A stretch of 64,000 bases of DNA from Eubacteriales bacterium. GTDB taxonomy: Bacteria; Bacillota; Clostridia; Lachnospirales; JAVBJQ01. Shown one piece after another: positions 55,700-64,000 of this stretch. A model generated the notes under the pieces. The model was not told the origin of the DNA and did not search any database. It saw nothing but the letters and a program-made list of their open reading frames with translations. How positions within the stretch are numbered: position 1 is the stretch's first letter; each line of letters opens with the position of its first letter. Where the stretch lies: positions 94,673 to 158,672 of the forward strand of contig JAVBJQ010000006.1 in the NCBI GenBank assembly GCA_031546905.1, in the 5' to 3' direction. The position numbers and the translations under genes are program-made.

Positions 55700-56180
55700 A
55701 TGTCTGAAAAAAAAAACGGTTTTAACATATGATGGATTAAAAAGAATAGAAGATGAACTACAAGAATTAAAAATCGTAAGACGTAAGGATGTAGCAGAAA
55801 AAATAAAAGAAGCAAGAGGTCAAGGGGACCTTTCAGAAAATGCCGAATACGATTCAGCAAAAGAAGAACAGGCAGAAATTGAAGCAAGAATTGTTCAACT
55901 TGAAAAAATGCTTCGTAACGTAGAAGTAATTGATGAAGATGAAGTAGATACCAATGTAATTAATGTTGGTTGTAGAGTAAAAGTATTACACTTAGATTTT
56001 AACGAAGAAGCAGAATATTCTATTGTAGGTTCAGCGGAAGCAGATCCAGCAGAACAAAAAATTTCCAACGAATCTCCACTAGGAAAAGCTCTGCTTGGTC
56101 ATAAAATAGAAGAAACAGTAGAATTTGAAGCACCAAATGGAATATTACAAGTTAAAATTTTAGATATAACCAAATTATAA
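55700..56180 (+). CDS. greA: transcription elongation factor GreA, reading frame broken by one extra A in an A10 run
   Basis: ATG at 55700 behind GGAGGGG. After MSEKK the frame hits a TGA at 55730. Shifting +1 within A10 (55707-55716) gives [15 protein letters not shown]...[16 protein letters not shown]..., continuous with ORF 55908..56180 (the GreA C-terminal domain). Confidence 0.85.
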
Positions 56181-56220
56181 TAGAAGTAATCCATATAAAA
56201 CCAACAGAGGAGGCATTGCA

Positions 56221-57723
56221 ATGTCTGAACATACAAATGACGTACCAGAAATAGTAGAAGAACAGGATTTAAATGAACTTTTAAAAATAAGGCGTGAAAA
56301 ACTTTCTCATTTACAAGAAAATGATAAAGACCCTTTTAAAATTGTAAAATATGAAGTAACCTGTCATACAAAAGAGGTTCATGATAACTTCGAAGCAATG
56401 GAAGGAAAACAATTTTCTATTGCAGGAAGAATGATGAGCAAACGTATTATGGGAAAAGCTTCTTTTTGTGATATTCAAGACCGCGACGGAAGATTACAAG
56501 CCTATGTGAGAAAAAATGAATTAGGCGACGAAGCTTACGAAGAATTTAAACATTTTGACATTGGGGATATTATCGGGGTAGTAGGAACTATTTTCAAAAC
56601 CCAAAAAGGCGAAATCTCCATTAAAGCAGAAAGTGTAACGTTACTTTCTAAAAGTTTGCAAATTCTTCCAGAGAAATTTCATGGCTTAAAAGACCAAGAA
56701 TTAAGATATCGTCAACGTTATGTGGATTTAATTGTGAACCCAGAAGTAAAAGACGTATTTTTTAAACGTACTGCTATTATCAAAAGCATTCGTCATTACT
56801 TAGACAATATTGGCTACCTAGAAGTGGAAACACCAGTGCTTCAAACTATCGCAGGGGGAGCATCTGCAAGACCTTTTATTACACATCATAATGCACTTGA
56901 CATTGATATGTATTTAAGAATTGCCCTTGAACTTCCGTTAAAAAGACTTATTGTAGGTGGATTTGAAAGGGTGTATGAAATTTCAAGGGTTTTCCGAAAT
57001 GAAGGAATTTCTATTAAACATAACCCAGAGTTTACAATGATTGAGCTTTATGAAGCGTATAACGATTACAACGGCATGATGGACTTATGTGAAAATCTAA
57101 TTAGAAATGCTTGTACAGAAGTTTTAAAAGAAACAGTTTTAACATACAACGATGTTGAAATTGATTTTGGCAAGCCTTTTGAAAGAATCACCATGGTAGA
57201 GGCGGTTAAAAAATACGCAGGAGTTGATTTTTCTCAAATTAATAACTTAGAAGAAGCTCGTGCGGTAGCAAAAGAACACCGTATTACCTATGAAGAACGC
57301 CATGGAAAAGGTGATATATTAAATTTATTCTTCGAAAGATTTGCAGAAGAAAAATTAATTCAACCAACCTTTTTAATGGATCATCCAGTGGAGATTTCTC
57401 ATCTTACCAAAAGAAAGCCCGATAATCCAGATTACACCGAGCGATTTGAGCTTTTCATATTAGGAAGAGAATATGCAAACGCTTATTCAGAACTAAATGA
57501 TCCAATCGACCAAAGAAAACGTTTTGAGCATCAAGAATCTTTACGTGCGTCAGGTGACGAAGAAGCCAACATGATTGATGAAGACTTTATTTTATCCCTT
57601 GAATACGGTATGCCACCAACAGGCGGTATGGGCATCGGAATTGATCGATTAGTAATGCTTTTAACTGGCGCTACTTCTATCAGAGATGTGTTGCTCTTTC
57701 CAACGATGAAGCCAATTCAATAA
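56221..57723 (+). CDS. lysS: lysine--tRNA ligase (class II)
   Basis: 500 aa with class II motifs (FRNEGIS..., [14 protein letters not shown]). Confidence 0.97.
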   Translation: MSEHTNDVPEIVEEQDLNELLKIRREKLSHLQENDKDPFKIVKYEVTCHTKEVHDNFEAMEGKQFSIAGRMMSKRIMGKASFCDIQDRDGRLQAYVRKNELGDEAYEEFKHFDIGDIIGVVGTIFKTQKGEISIKAESVTLLSKSLQILPEKFHGLKDQELRYRQRYVDLIVNPEVKDVFFKRTAIIKSIRHYLDNIGYLEVETPVLQTIAGGASARPFITHHNALDIDMYLRIALELPLKRLIVGGFERVYEISRVFRNEGISIKHNPEFTMIELYEAYNDYNGMMDLCENLIRNACTEVLKETVLTYNDVEIDFGKPFERITMVEAVKKYAGVDFSQINNLEEARAVAKEHRITYEERHGKGDILNLFFERFAEEKLIQPTFLMDHPVEISHLTKRKPDNPDYTERFELFILGREYANAYSELNDPIDQRKRFEHQESLRASGDEEANMIDEDFILSLEYGMPPTGGMGIGIDRLVMLLTGATSIRDVLLFPTMKPIQ

Positions 57724-57741
57724 AAATAATTGTTTCAGTAT

Positions 57742-57779
57742 AAAAAAATAGCCATAGGAAAACCTAGGGCTATTTTTTT
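57742..57779. terminator. bidirectional terminator between lysS and the convergent ABC operon
   Basis: AAAAAAATAGCCATAGG pairs with CCTAGGGCTATTTTTTT (one mismatch), with a 4-nt loop. Confidence 0.8.
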
Positions 57780-57796
57780 TATGGGAAAACAGTTAT

Positions 57797-59656
57797 TTAA
57801 AATCCATTTTGAAGGAGCCAATTTTTTGTATTTTCACAGCTGTCTAAATTAAAGGAATTATAACCGCTGGTTGGTATGTCAGACTTTAGTTCCACATGAC
57901 CATAAAGCGCGTAACCTTCTTTGGTAACAGGTTCACCTTGGTTAATTTGACTTAAACGGTACTGTTCAGATTTTAAAATGTCTTTTTCCATTTCTGTTAT
58001 AATAGAACGAATTTGTTCGGGTTTTTCAATAAAAATGGGGCTTGCTTGACTATTATCCGCCTTTTGAGAATCAATTACGATTTTCCTAATGTTTTCAGGA
58101 GATTTAAAAGAATGATAAGGCGATAAAATGACTTGGTTTGTCAAAAGCAAGGTAGATAAACCAGATTCTTTTGATAAAGCAAGTGGTACAATATAACGCC
58201 TTAAAACAATTTTTTCGTTTTTCAACTTATACAAAAAGTATTGTCTGCTAACCGAACCATATTTTTCAGTATCAAGTCTACCGGATAAGTTTTGTAAAAA
58301 TACACGTCTTAAGGTAGCTTTGTTACCAATAATTTGTTTTTGAATGGCAATGGCATCAGCAATAATTTGTTTGTCTTCAATAAAAAAATTATCTTTAAAA
58401 GATTTGTTGTCTAAACCGCCAAAGTAGTCGTTGGGGTAGTTTAAATACACACCAGTAACATCATCTGGGTTTGGCGTATAGCGAGAATAACCAGTTAAAT
58501 CAAATTTGGTTACTAGAATAATAAGCAAAAATAAACCGATAGCTACGCCACCAAATCGAATTAAATCACGAGCCTTGCTAACAAACACATTGAAGGATTT
58601 TTCAGCTATCATTTGTGCAATAAAGTAGGCAACAATAAAGCCGATAACAAAACCAACGTACATAAATGTTATGCTATCGATTGTATCTAAGAAAAATAAT
58701 CCAAGCAAAATCATTCCCACTAAGGATATGGAAAAGGTCAACGCATTTTTTAATGGTGTAAATACAACCGAGTCCCCTGCTCGTTCTTGCTTTCTCTTAT
58801 GATTAAGGTAGAAGCACAACGCAAATAAAGCAATAATAATAAGCATATGAACCAGGATGTAGGGAATTAAATTGCTTGGCACTCTAGCCTGTGGCGTAAG
58901 ATGAAACAACAAGCCCAACAATATGGGGTTCGTATAAATGGCTAATTGACTTAACAAATTTGAGATATTATTAGGCTCAAAACCAAAGCAAAAATAAAAT
59001 CCAATCATTTGTGTAAGGAAAAGTAGCGCAGAAGGAATAAAAGGAAAAACAACACTAACCAATATATAGATAATGGCATTGCCTGAAACAATAGCAGCTA
59101 CCAAAAATATAGCATAGTAAAATACGAATACCAAAAGTGTTCGAAAGAAAAATCCAGCTACAATAGGAAGGCTATTGAGAATAGTACCTTCTTGTATGCC
59201 ATTGGGAAATAATTCAATAGGAGGAGAAATGGTTAACGCATAAGATGCGCCATTACTTATTTCACTCCTTATCCATTCTATGGGCATCAGTAAAAAACCG
59301 CAAAGAATAAGAAGAGGAATGACAATGAGAATAAACCCAGTAAACACATTGGTAAGCAATAACTGATTTTTACTAATGGGAAAAGCGTGTATAGCAGTAG
59401 TTGCTTTTGGTTGAAACAAATAAGAAAAAGTAACAAGCACCGTAACCAAAGGAACTAAAATACTTGCCCCAATCATAACGGGATGTTGCATGGAAAACAA
59501 GGTAGTCAATTCTTCTAATGAATGGTAGGTATTATAGTTCATTAAAAAAATAGGAAGGATAATTAATAAAATATATCCCAAAAGTGTGAGTACACCAAGT
59601 GACCAAAATCGTTTCAATTGTTCTTTTAATAAAGCAGAATTAATAAGGGATTTCAT
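57797..59656 (-). CDS. large polytopic membrane protein, putative permease of the YtrA-type ABC system
   Basis: 619 aa with about 10 TM segments plus a C-terminal soluble domain. Its start overlaps the ATPase stop by 17 nt. Confidence 0.6.
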   Translation of the reverse strand: MKSLINSALLKEQLKRFWSLGVLTLLGYILLIILPIFLMNYNTYHSLEELTTLFSMQHPVMIGASILVPLVTVLVTFSYLFQPKATTAIHAFPISKNQLLLTNVFTGFILIVIPLLILCGFLLMPIEWIRSEISNGASYALTISPPIELFPNGIQEGTILNSLPIVAGFFFRTLLVFVFYYAIFLVAAIVSGNAIIYILVSVVFPFIPSALLFLTQMIGFYFCFGFEPNNISNLLSQLAIYTNPILLGLLFHLTPQARVPSNLIPYILVHMLIIIALFALCFYLNHKRKQERAGDSVVFTPLKNALTFSISLVGMILLGLFFLDTIDSITFMYVGFVIGFIVAYFIAQMIAEKSFNVFVSKARDLIRFGGVAIGLFLLIILVTKFDLTGYSRYTPNPDDVTGVYLNYPNDYFGGLDNKSFKDNFFIEDKQIIADAIAIQKQIIGNKATLRRVFLQNLSGRLDTEKYGSVSRQYFLYKLKNEKIVLRRYIVPLALSKESGLSTLLLTNQVILSPYHSFKSPENIRKIVIDSQKADNSQASPIFIEKPEQIRSIITEMEKDILKSEQYRLSQINQGEPVTKEGYALYGHVELKSDIPTSGYNSFNLDSCENTKNWLLQNGF

Positions 59657-60536
59657 TCATTTCGCCCTCCGTTTCGTAGATAAAGATTTCTTCAAGGGTT
59701 AGTGGCAAAAGGTCGTAAACCAAAGGGCTCAAACTTTTTATTTGTGTTAAAATATCAGCTTCTTTGCCTCTAATAATTAACAATTCCACACTACCTCGTT
59801 TTTCCATGTGTAATATATTTAAGTTACCATATTTCTCAACTCCGAGGGGGTTATCCAAGGCAAAGGCAACTTGTACTTTATGCACATCAGATTTCAAATC
59901 ATCTAAATCACGTTCAATAATCATTTGTCCGTTTTTCATAATTCCAATAGAGTCGCAAATTCCTTCCATTTCCTTTAAATTATGAGAGGATACCAGTACG
60001 GTTAATTGACGGTTGGCAACATCGTCCACAATTTGTTGCATTACTAGTTTTCTAACAACAGGGTCAAGACCGTCTATTGGTTCATCTAGCAACAATACGT
60101 CAGGCATGATGGACATGGCAAAAATAAAAGCAGCTTGTTTTTGCATACCTTTTGAAAACTTACTTAATTTGCGACGTTCATCCAACTTAAATAACTTTAA
60201 TAGGGTATTAAATCGTTCATCGCTCCAATTTTTATACATACCTTTGTAAAAGCCTTTTAGAGACTTAATAGAATAATTTGGGAAGAAATACAAATCATCC
60301 GAAATATAACCTACTCTTTCTTTTATGGAAACATCATCATAAACAGGCTTATTGTCTATCAGAAGCATTCCCTCGTCTTGTCGATACACTCCTGCCAAAT
60401 GTTTAATAATAGTTGTCTTACCAGCGCCATTGATACCAACTAGCCCATAAATAGATCCTTTTTTAATGTTTAAATTCAGATTATGAAGGGCAACAAATCC
60501 ATCAAAGGTTTTGGACAACTTTTCAATTTTTATCAT
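59640..60536 (-). CDS. ABC transporter ATP-binding protein
   Basis: Walker A GINGAGKTT, signature FSKGMQKQ, Walker B LLLDEPIDGLD. Confidence 0.9.
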   Translation of the reverse strand: MIKIEKLSKTFDGFVALHNLNLNIKKGSIYGLVGINGAGKTTIIKHLAGVYRQDEGMLLIDNKPVYDDVSIKERVGYISDDLYFFPNYSIKSLKGFYKGMYKNWSDERFNTLLKLFKLDERRKLSKFSKGMQKQAAFIFAMSIMPDVLLLDEPIDGLDPVVRKLVMQQIVDDVANRQLTVLVSSHNLKEMEGICDSIGIMKNGQMIIERDLDDLKSDVHKVQVAFALDNPLGVEKYGNLNILHMEKRGSVELLIIRGKEADILTQIKSLSPLVYDLLPLTLEEIFIYETEGEMNEIPY

Positions 60537-60921
60537 CTATTTTTCCTCCTTCCGTGGGATTCACACATTCATTTGTCATAAAATCAATAATATTATTTTT
60601 GGATTCTCCCAAAAACATCAGTTCTTGGACAACCGTTTTTAAATTATTATAAATTAATTGTATTTCCTTTGCTGTTACATCAGTTGGTGGTGCAGAAATA
60701 AAATTGCCCTGACCAAGAACCGTATAAAAGTAACCTTGATTTTCTAATTCTCGATATGCTTTTTGAATCGTATTGGGATTTACGGTTAAGGTTTTAGCCA
60801 TATCCCGAATGGATGGAACTTTTTCATTTTCTTTTAATACACCCGTGGTAATTAAGCGTTTGAAATTATCCGTTACTTGCTCGTATATTGCTTTTCTACT
60901 TTTTAAATCAATCTGAAACAT
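60523..60921 (-). CDS. GntR-family (YtrA subfamily) transcriptional regulator
   Basis: KAIYEQVTDNFKRLITTGVLKENEKVPSIRDMAKTLTVNPNTIQKAYRELENQGY, with a short C-terminus typical of YtrA. Confidence 0.85.
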   Translation of the reverse strand: MFQIDLKSRKAIYEQVTDNFKRLITTGVLKENEKVPSIRDMAKTLTVNPNTIQKAYRELENQGYFYTVLGQGNFISAPPTDVTAKEIQLIYNNLKTVVQELMFLGESKNNIIDFMTNECVNPTEGGKIDDKN

Positions 60922-60950
60922 TATATCACCTCACATCTAAACTGAATTAA

Positions 60951-60973
60951 GTGTATTATATGTAATAATACAC
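60951..60973. promoter_or_regulatory. candidate YtrA/GntR operator
   Basis: Inverted repeat GTGTATTAT-N5-ATAATACAC, 30-50 nt upstream of the gntR start. Confidence 0.5.
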
Positions 60974-61091
60974 ACTGTGTCAAGGGGAGATTTGTTTTGT
61001 AGTCATGACACAAAAAAATACCACATGACAAAAGTGTAGAATAAACATACAACCCTTGTCATGTGGTACTTTTTCTTTATTACTTAAACAA

Positions 61092-61709
61092 TTATAATAT
61101 AGGACGAAGTACTTTATAAAGTAAGCATCCTAAAACCGACAGCATAATTCCTTTAATAATATTAAATGGTGCAATAGCAAAAATAACTAACGTTTTAAAA
61201 TCTTTTACAAATCCATTTAACTTTGCAGTCATATCAACAAAAGCGTCAATCGGCATATGAAATAGGGTTGCGTAAAATGGAATAAGGAAAAAATAATTTA
61301 GAAAAGAAGCAATAACTGTCATAGAAACTACCGCAATAATTGAAGCTATAATAAGTCCTGTTAAATTTTTCTTCTTAGAATAAATAAAACTAAGTGGGAG
61401 AATATAAGAAACACCAATAATAAAATTGGCAAGCTCTCCAACACCAGCTGTATCATTTTTTGTAATAAGATGAAGCAAATTTTTAATGAGTTCAATAAAA
61501 ATACCTGCAACAGGTCCCAACGAAAGGGTACCAATAAGAACAGGAACATCACTAACGTCAATTTTCAAAAAACTTGGAAATAACGGTAGAGGTAGATCAA
61601 ACAACATTAAAATAAAAGCGATGACTGCCAACACACTAATTTTAACAAGAACCAGTGTGCTAAAATAAGATTTTTTGCTTTCCGTACGAGATGAAACAAA
61701 GTTTTGCAT
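61092..61709 (-). CDS. ribU: ECF-transporter S component for riboflavin
   Basis: FPSFLKIDVSDVPVLIGTLSLGPVAGIFIELIKNLLH is typical of RibU/FmnP, and the gene is preceded by an FMN riboswitch. Confidence 0.8.
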   Translation of the reverse strand: MQNFVSSRTESKKSYFSTLVLVKISVLAVIAFILMLFDLPLPLFPSFLKIDVSDVPVLIGTLSLGPVAGIFIELIKNLLHLITKNDTAGVGELANFIIGVSYILPLSFIYSKKKNLTGLIIASIIAVVSMTVIASFLNYFFLIPFYATLFHMPIDAFVDMTAKLNGFVKDFKTLVIFAIAPFNIIKGIMLSVLGCLLYKVLRPIL

Positions 61710-61771
61710 AAGTATGCCCCCTTAGAATAATAAAGTAAATAATCTTCAGGAGAAAAGTGCGTTTGTGAAAA

Positions 61772-61806
61772 TAAAAAAACAGCCAAAATAAAAAACTTCA
61801 GGCTGT
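61772..61806 (-). terminator. expression-platform terminator of the FMN riboswitch
   Basis: On the minus strand, ACAGCC pairs with GGCTGT and is followed by TTTTTTT. Confidence 0.65.
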
Positions 61807-61827
61807 TTGTACATACACAAAGAAAAC

Positions 61828-61940
61828 GATCTTCTCTCATCCAGACTGTACTGTCGGTTTTGGAATTGCACCAAATCAATATCAAAAGATACTCGCGGAC
61901 TTTACCGCCGGTCGGGAATTTCACCCTGCCCTGAAGATTA
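61828..61940 (-). promoter_or_regulatory. FMN riboswitch (RFN element)
   Basis: The minus strand reads CTTCAGGGCAGGGTGAAATTCCCGACCGGCGGTAAAGTCCGCGA...GATTTGGTGCAATTCCAAAACCGACAGTACAGTCTGGATGAGAGAAG, matching the conserved RFN core. Confidence 0.9.
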
Positions 61941-62155
61941 CATATTTAATTAATTAAATTATAAAACCATTGAAGCTTTTTGTCAATGGAAAGACAAGCT
62001 GATTTTATACAAAATGTAAGAGGGGATATCCTAACGAAAATCGAGAATACTAATTTCTTTACAGTACCATAAGCAACGGAATATGTTAAAAAGTGGTGAA
62101 CTTTTTTGCTTTAAATTTTTAATCATGCATTTTTAATACAAAACTAGCTAACTTT

Positions 62156-63499
62156 TCAATGCCTTTTATATCTCTCTCTTCTATTTCTGCCCTTAGGCTT
62201 AATTTCCCCAATATATCTGGCAAAAGTAAAAATTGTTAGAGTCATACTTGTAATAACTTGCAATAATACAAATAAGCAAGCAGTTAACCCCTTTTGTCCA
62301 AAATCTATAGATTTATATGTTGTAATCCCAAAACTATAAAACAGTGAAATGATATTTTCCCTAAATTCTAATGCTGTATTATAGTCCGGATTAATAATAT
62401 GTAAAAGTAGATATACAGGTGCATATAAAAAGGTAATTTCGATCAGCGAAAATATGGCAAGTCCAACTCTTTCTTCTGGTTTTAAATCCGTATTTCTATC
62501 TTTTTCTTCTTTTCTGAACATTGCATCTTTATAAAAGGAATATATTATCTCAGTACTTCGTGATACTACCCTAGCAATTATTAAACAAATACTACTGAAA
62601 AAAAGCAGGAAATCTTTGCTATCTATATTTTTAATATTATTGGGTGCAGCTAAAATAAATGCTGTAGCTATACAACAAGAAACAACTAAATTAACATGAT
62701 TAATTTTTTTAACAATCAATCCAGTATTTTTTCTTTTACAGCTATCATTCTTTACATTATCTTTTATTCTCTTACTTAAAAAAGTGTCATAACTAGATAG
62801 AGGAATCCGATAAAACCAGTACTCTATTTTATCTTCTGCTTTTAACTTACTTGGAACAGTAATGCTAATAAACCAACTTGCCCCAAATAAAAATACAGCT
62901 AAAATAACTGGAATAGTATTTGTTTCGATTTCCAGAATATACTTTGGTATAAGCTTAGTGTATATTAAGAAGCAGACCGCAATAAGGAATAAAAAACATT
63001 CAATTAACAGTATTTCTGAATTATTGATTCTAGCTATATTTTTTTCTAATTTCTCCTTGAATTGATTTTTCACGAGCCAATGTACTGCAAAACTAATGAT
63101 ATAGCTCGGTATTATACCCACACCTAACATCACGACAATGAAAAGTGTTTTAGCCCAGTCTTTATAGATCGGCATTAATACACCTAATAATAGTGCAATA
63201 AAAAGCAAAAATTCAAGCGTTCCTCGTAGAATAGTGAATGAATTGTTACTTATCCATGAACTTAAAATTTTCTTAGCCCCATAAAATTTCTTTAAATAAA
63301 TACATAAATTATTCTTAGTCCATATCTTTGATTTTTCATTAGGTGCTTCTTTAAGTTGTCTATTAGATATCTTGCTGTCTACAGCCTCATCTTTGTTTAT
63401 CACCTCTATATCATATATTTTACCTTTTTTGGGATTACTCATAAAAAATTTTTTCTTTTTTTTCTTTTTTTTCTTTTTACCATAAGTTTTTCCAGGCAT
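62156..63499 (-). CDS. polytopic membrane protein of unknown function with an N-terminal poly-lysine tract
   Basis: 447 aa. AAGGGAG RBS 8 nt before the ATG at 63499. The N-terminus MPGKTYG-K10-FF is encoded by A5/A8/A8/A6 runs. There are about 8 TM segments, and the C-terminal TM-loop-TM is vaguely pore-like. Confidence 0.5.
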   Translation of the reverse strand: MPGKTYGKKKKKKKKKKFFMSNPKKGKIYDIEVINKDEAVDSKISNRQLKEAPNEKSKIWTKNNLCIYLKKFYGAKKILSSWISNNSFTILRGTLEFLLFIALLLGVLMPIYKDWAKTLFIVVMLGVGIIPSYIISFAVHWLVKNQFKEKLEKNIARINNSEILLIECFLFLIAVCFLIYTKLIPKYILEIETNTIPVILAVFLFGASWFISITVPSKLKAEDKIEYWFYRIPLSSYDTFLSKRIKDNVKNDSCKRKNTGLIVKKINHVNLVVSCCIATAFILAAPNNIKNIDSKDFLLFFSSICLIIARVVSRSTEIIYSFYKDAMFRKEEKDRNTDLKPEERVGLAIFSLIEITFLYAPVYLLLHIINPDYNTALEFRENIISLFYSFGITTYKSIDFGQKGLTACLFVLLQVITSMTLTIFTFARYIGEIKPKGRNRRERYKRH

Positions 63500-64000
63500 A
63501 CTGTTTACTCCCTTGTGATATTCAACTAAAAGTTGTTAATTTTTAAGAATATTATACCATAAATTTATCTGTCTCATATCACTAATGATAAAAAGCCTAC
63601 CCAATGCAAAAAGTACATCAAGCAGGCAACTTTATAAATATGACAAATTAATACAGCCTGAAATGTTAATACAGGGCGCTAAGGGTAATTTTATCACAAA
63701 GGACTTATTTTTTATTACACTGGTATGACTGGAATTAAATTTATAAAAGGCAGTATCGAAATCAAAATAAGCGTCTTATTAAATCCTGAAATAAGACACA
63801 AGCAAGCCGTTAGTTTGATAGCCCTACCACCAAAAGCCGTAGTGTCCTTGCTTTTAAATAGTTTTAGTATTAATTCTCCGATTACTGCTACTCTATAAAA
63901 ATAATACTCCTATAAATAAAAAACCTTTTATATGCTCCATTGCCGATTAAAAATTCTCTAAAAACAAAATATTGCTATGCGATAATCTACAACATCAGAT

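Noticed and set aside
56181-56220. T-box or other leader controlling lysS.
   Set aside because: Only 40 nt separate greA and lysS, so there is no room for a T-box. lysS is probably co-transcribed with greA.
61607-61924. 105-aa minus-strand ORF upstream of ribU.
   Set aside because: It is translated straight through the FMN riboswitch aptamer and its terminator. The conserved RFN sequence explains the region.
1635-63065. Many 60-190-aa ORFs in the supplied track that lie antisense to, or out of frame within, well-supported genes. Examples: 2343..2543, 3468..3782, 9513..9767, 10808..11119, 15286..15636, 16345..16722, 26495..27055, 28646..29152, 35539..35860, 46001..46501, 48190..48534, 55678..55887, 59764..60249, 61361..61561, 62862..63065.
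   Set aside because: Each overlaps a gene with clear family motifs on the other strand or frame. They lack ribosome-binding sites and have low-complexity or odd composition, so I treated them as six-frame noise.
1-64000. CRISPR arrays, tRNA/rRNA genes, intact IS elements or prophage genes.
   Set aside because: Scanning by eye found no regularly spaced 25-40-nt repeats, no GC-rich tRNA-sized blocks, and no transposase, integrase or capsid-like ORFs. The only mobile-element traces are the fragments at 52.6-54.4 kb.

Overview
The window is visibly AT-rich and gene-dense, and looks like a chromosomal segment of a low-GC anaerobic Firmicute (Clostridia-like). This is judged from adhE, a sensory [FeFe]-hydrogenase, rubrerythrin, NADH oxidase, hemerythrin/MCP, an ECF-type RibU and strong GGAGG ribosome-binding sites. 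I saw no rRNA, tRNA, CRISPR array, intact integrase or transposase. All calls come from reading the supplied ORF translations and the DNA by eye, with no searches run.

Clearly recognisable core genes:
- adhE
- a four-gene iron-siderophore ABC importer
- ddl-murI, trxA, greA-lysS
- an FMN riboswitch with ribU
- a GntR(YtrA)-ABC operon
- c-di-GMP enzymes (HD-GYP, 7TMR-DISM GGDEF), cheB and an MCP

Most interesting items:
1. A single operon adhE / APH-fold kinase / HydS-type sensory hydrogenase / PP2C phosphatase, sitting behind a Rex box.
2. A LytTR DNA-binding domain fused to a catalytically dead ABC-ATPase domain. It lies next to a textbook 9+12+9 LytTR direct repeat, a remnant of a real ABC ATPase gene and an orphan ABC-2 permease.
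3. A ~12-kb accessory island (about 24.6-36.6 kb) of small detoxification and regulator genes. It is subdivided by three families of repeated intergenic modules, and two of these flank gene blocks as direct repeats.
4. Several apparently broken genes: greA frameshifted in an A10 tract, rubrerythrin with an in-frame TAA, a truncated methyltransferase, and a decayed conjugative-transposon remnant.
5. A candidate leader-peptide attenuator upstream of an MFS gene.
6. An unassignable membrane protein with a poly-lysine N-terminus near the right edge.
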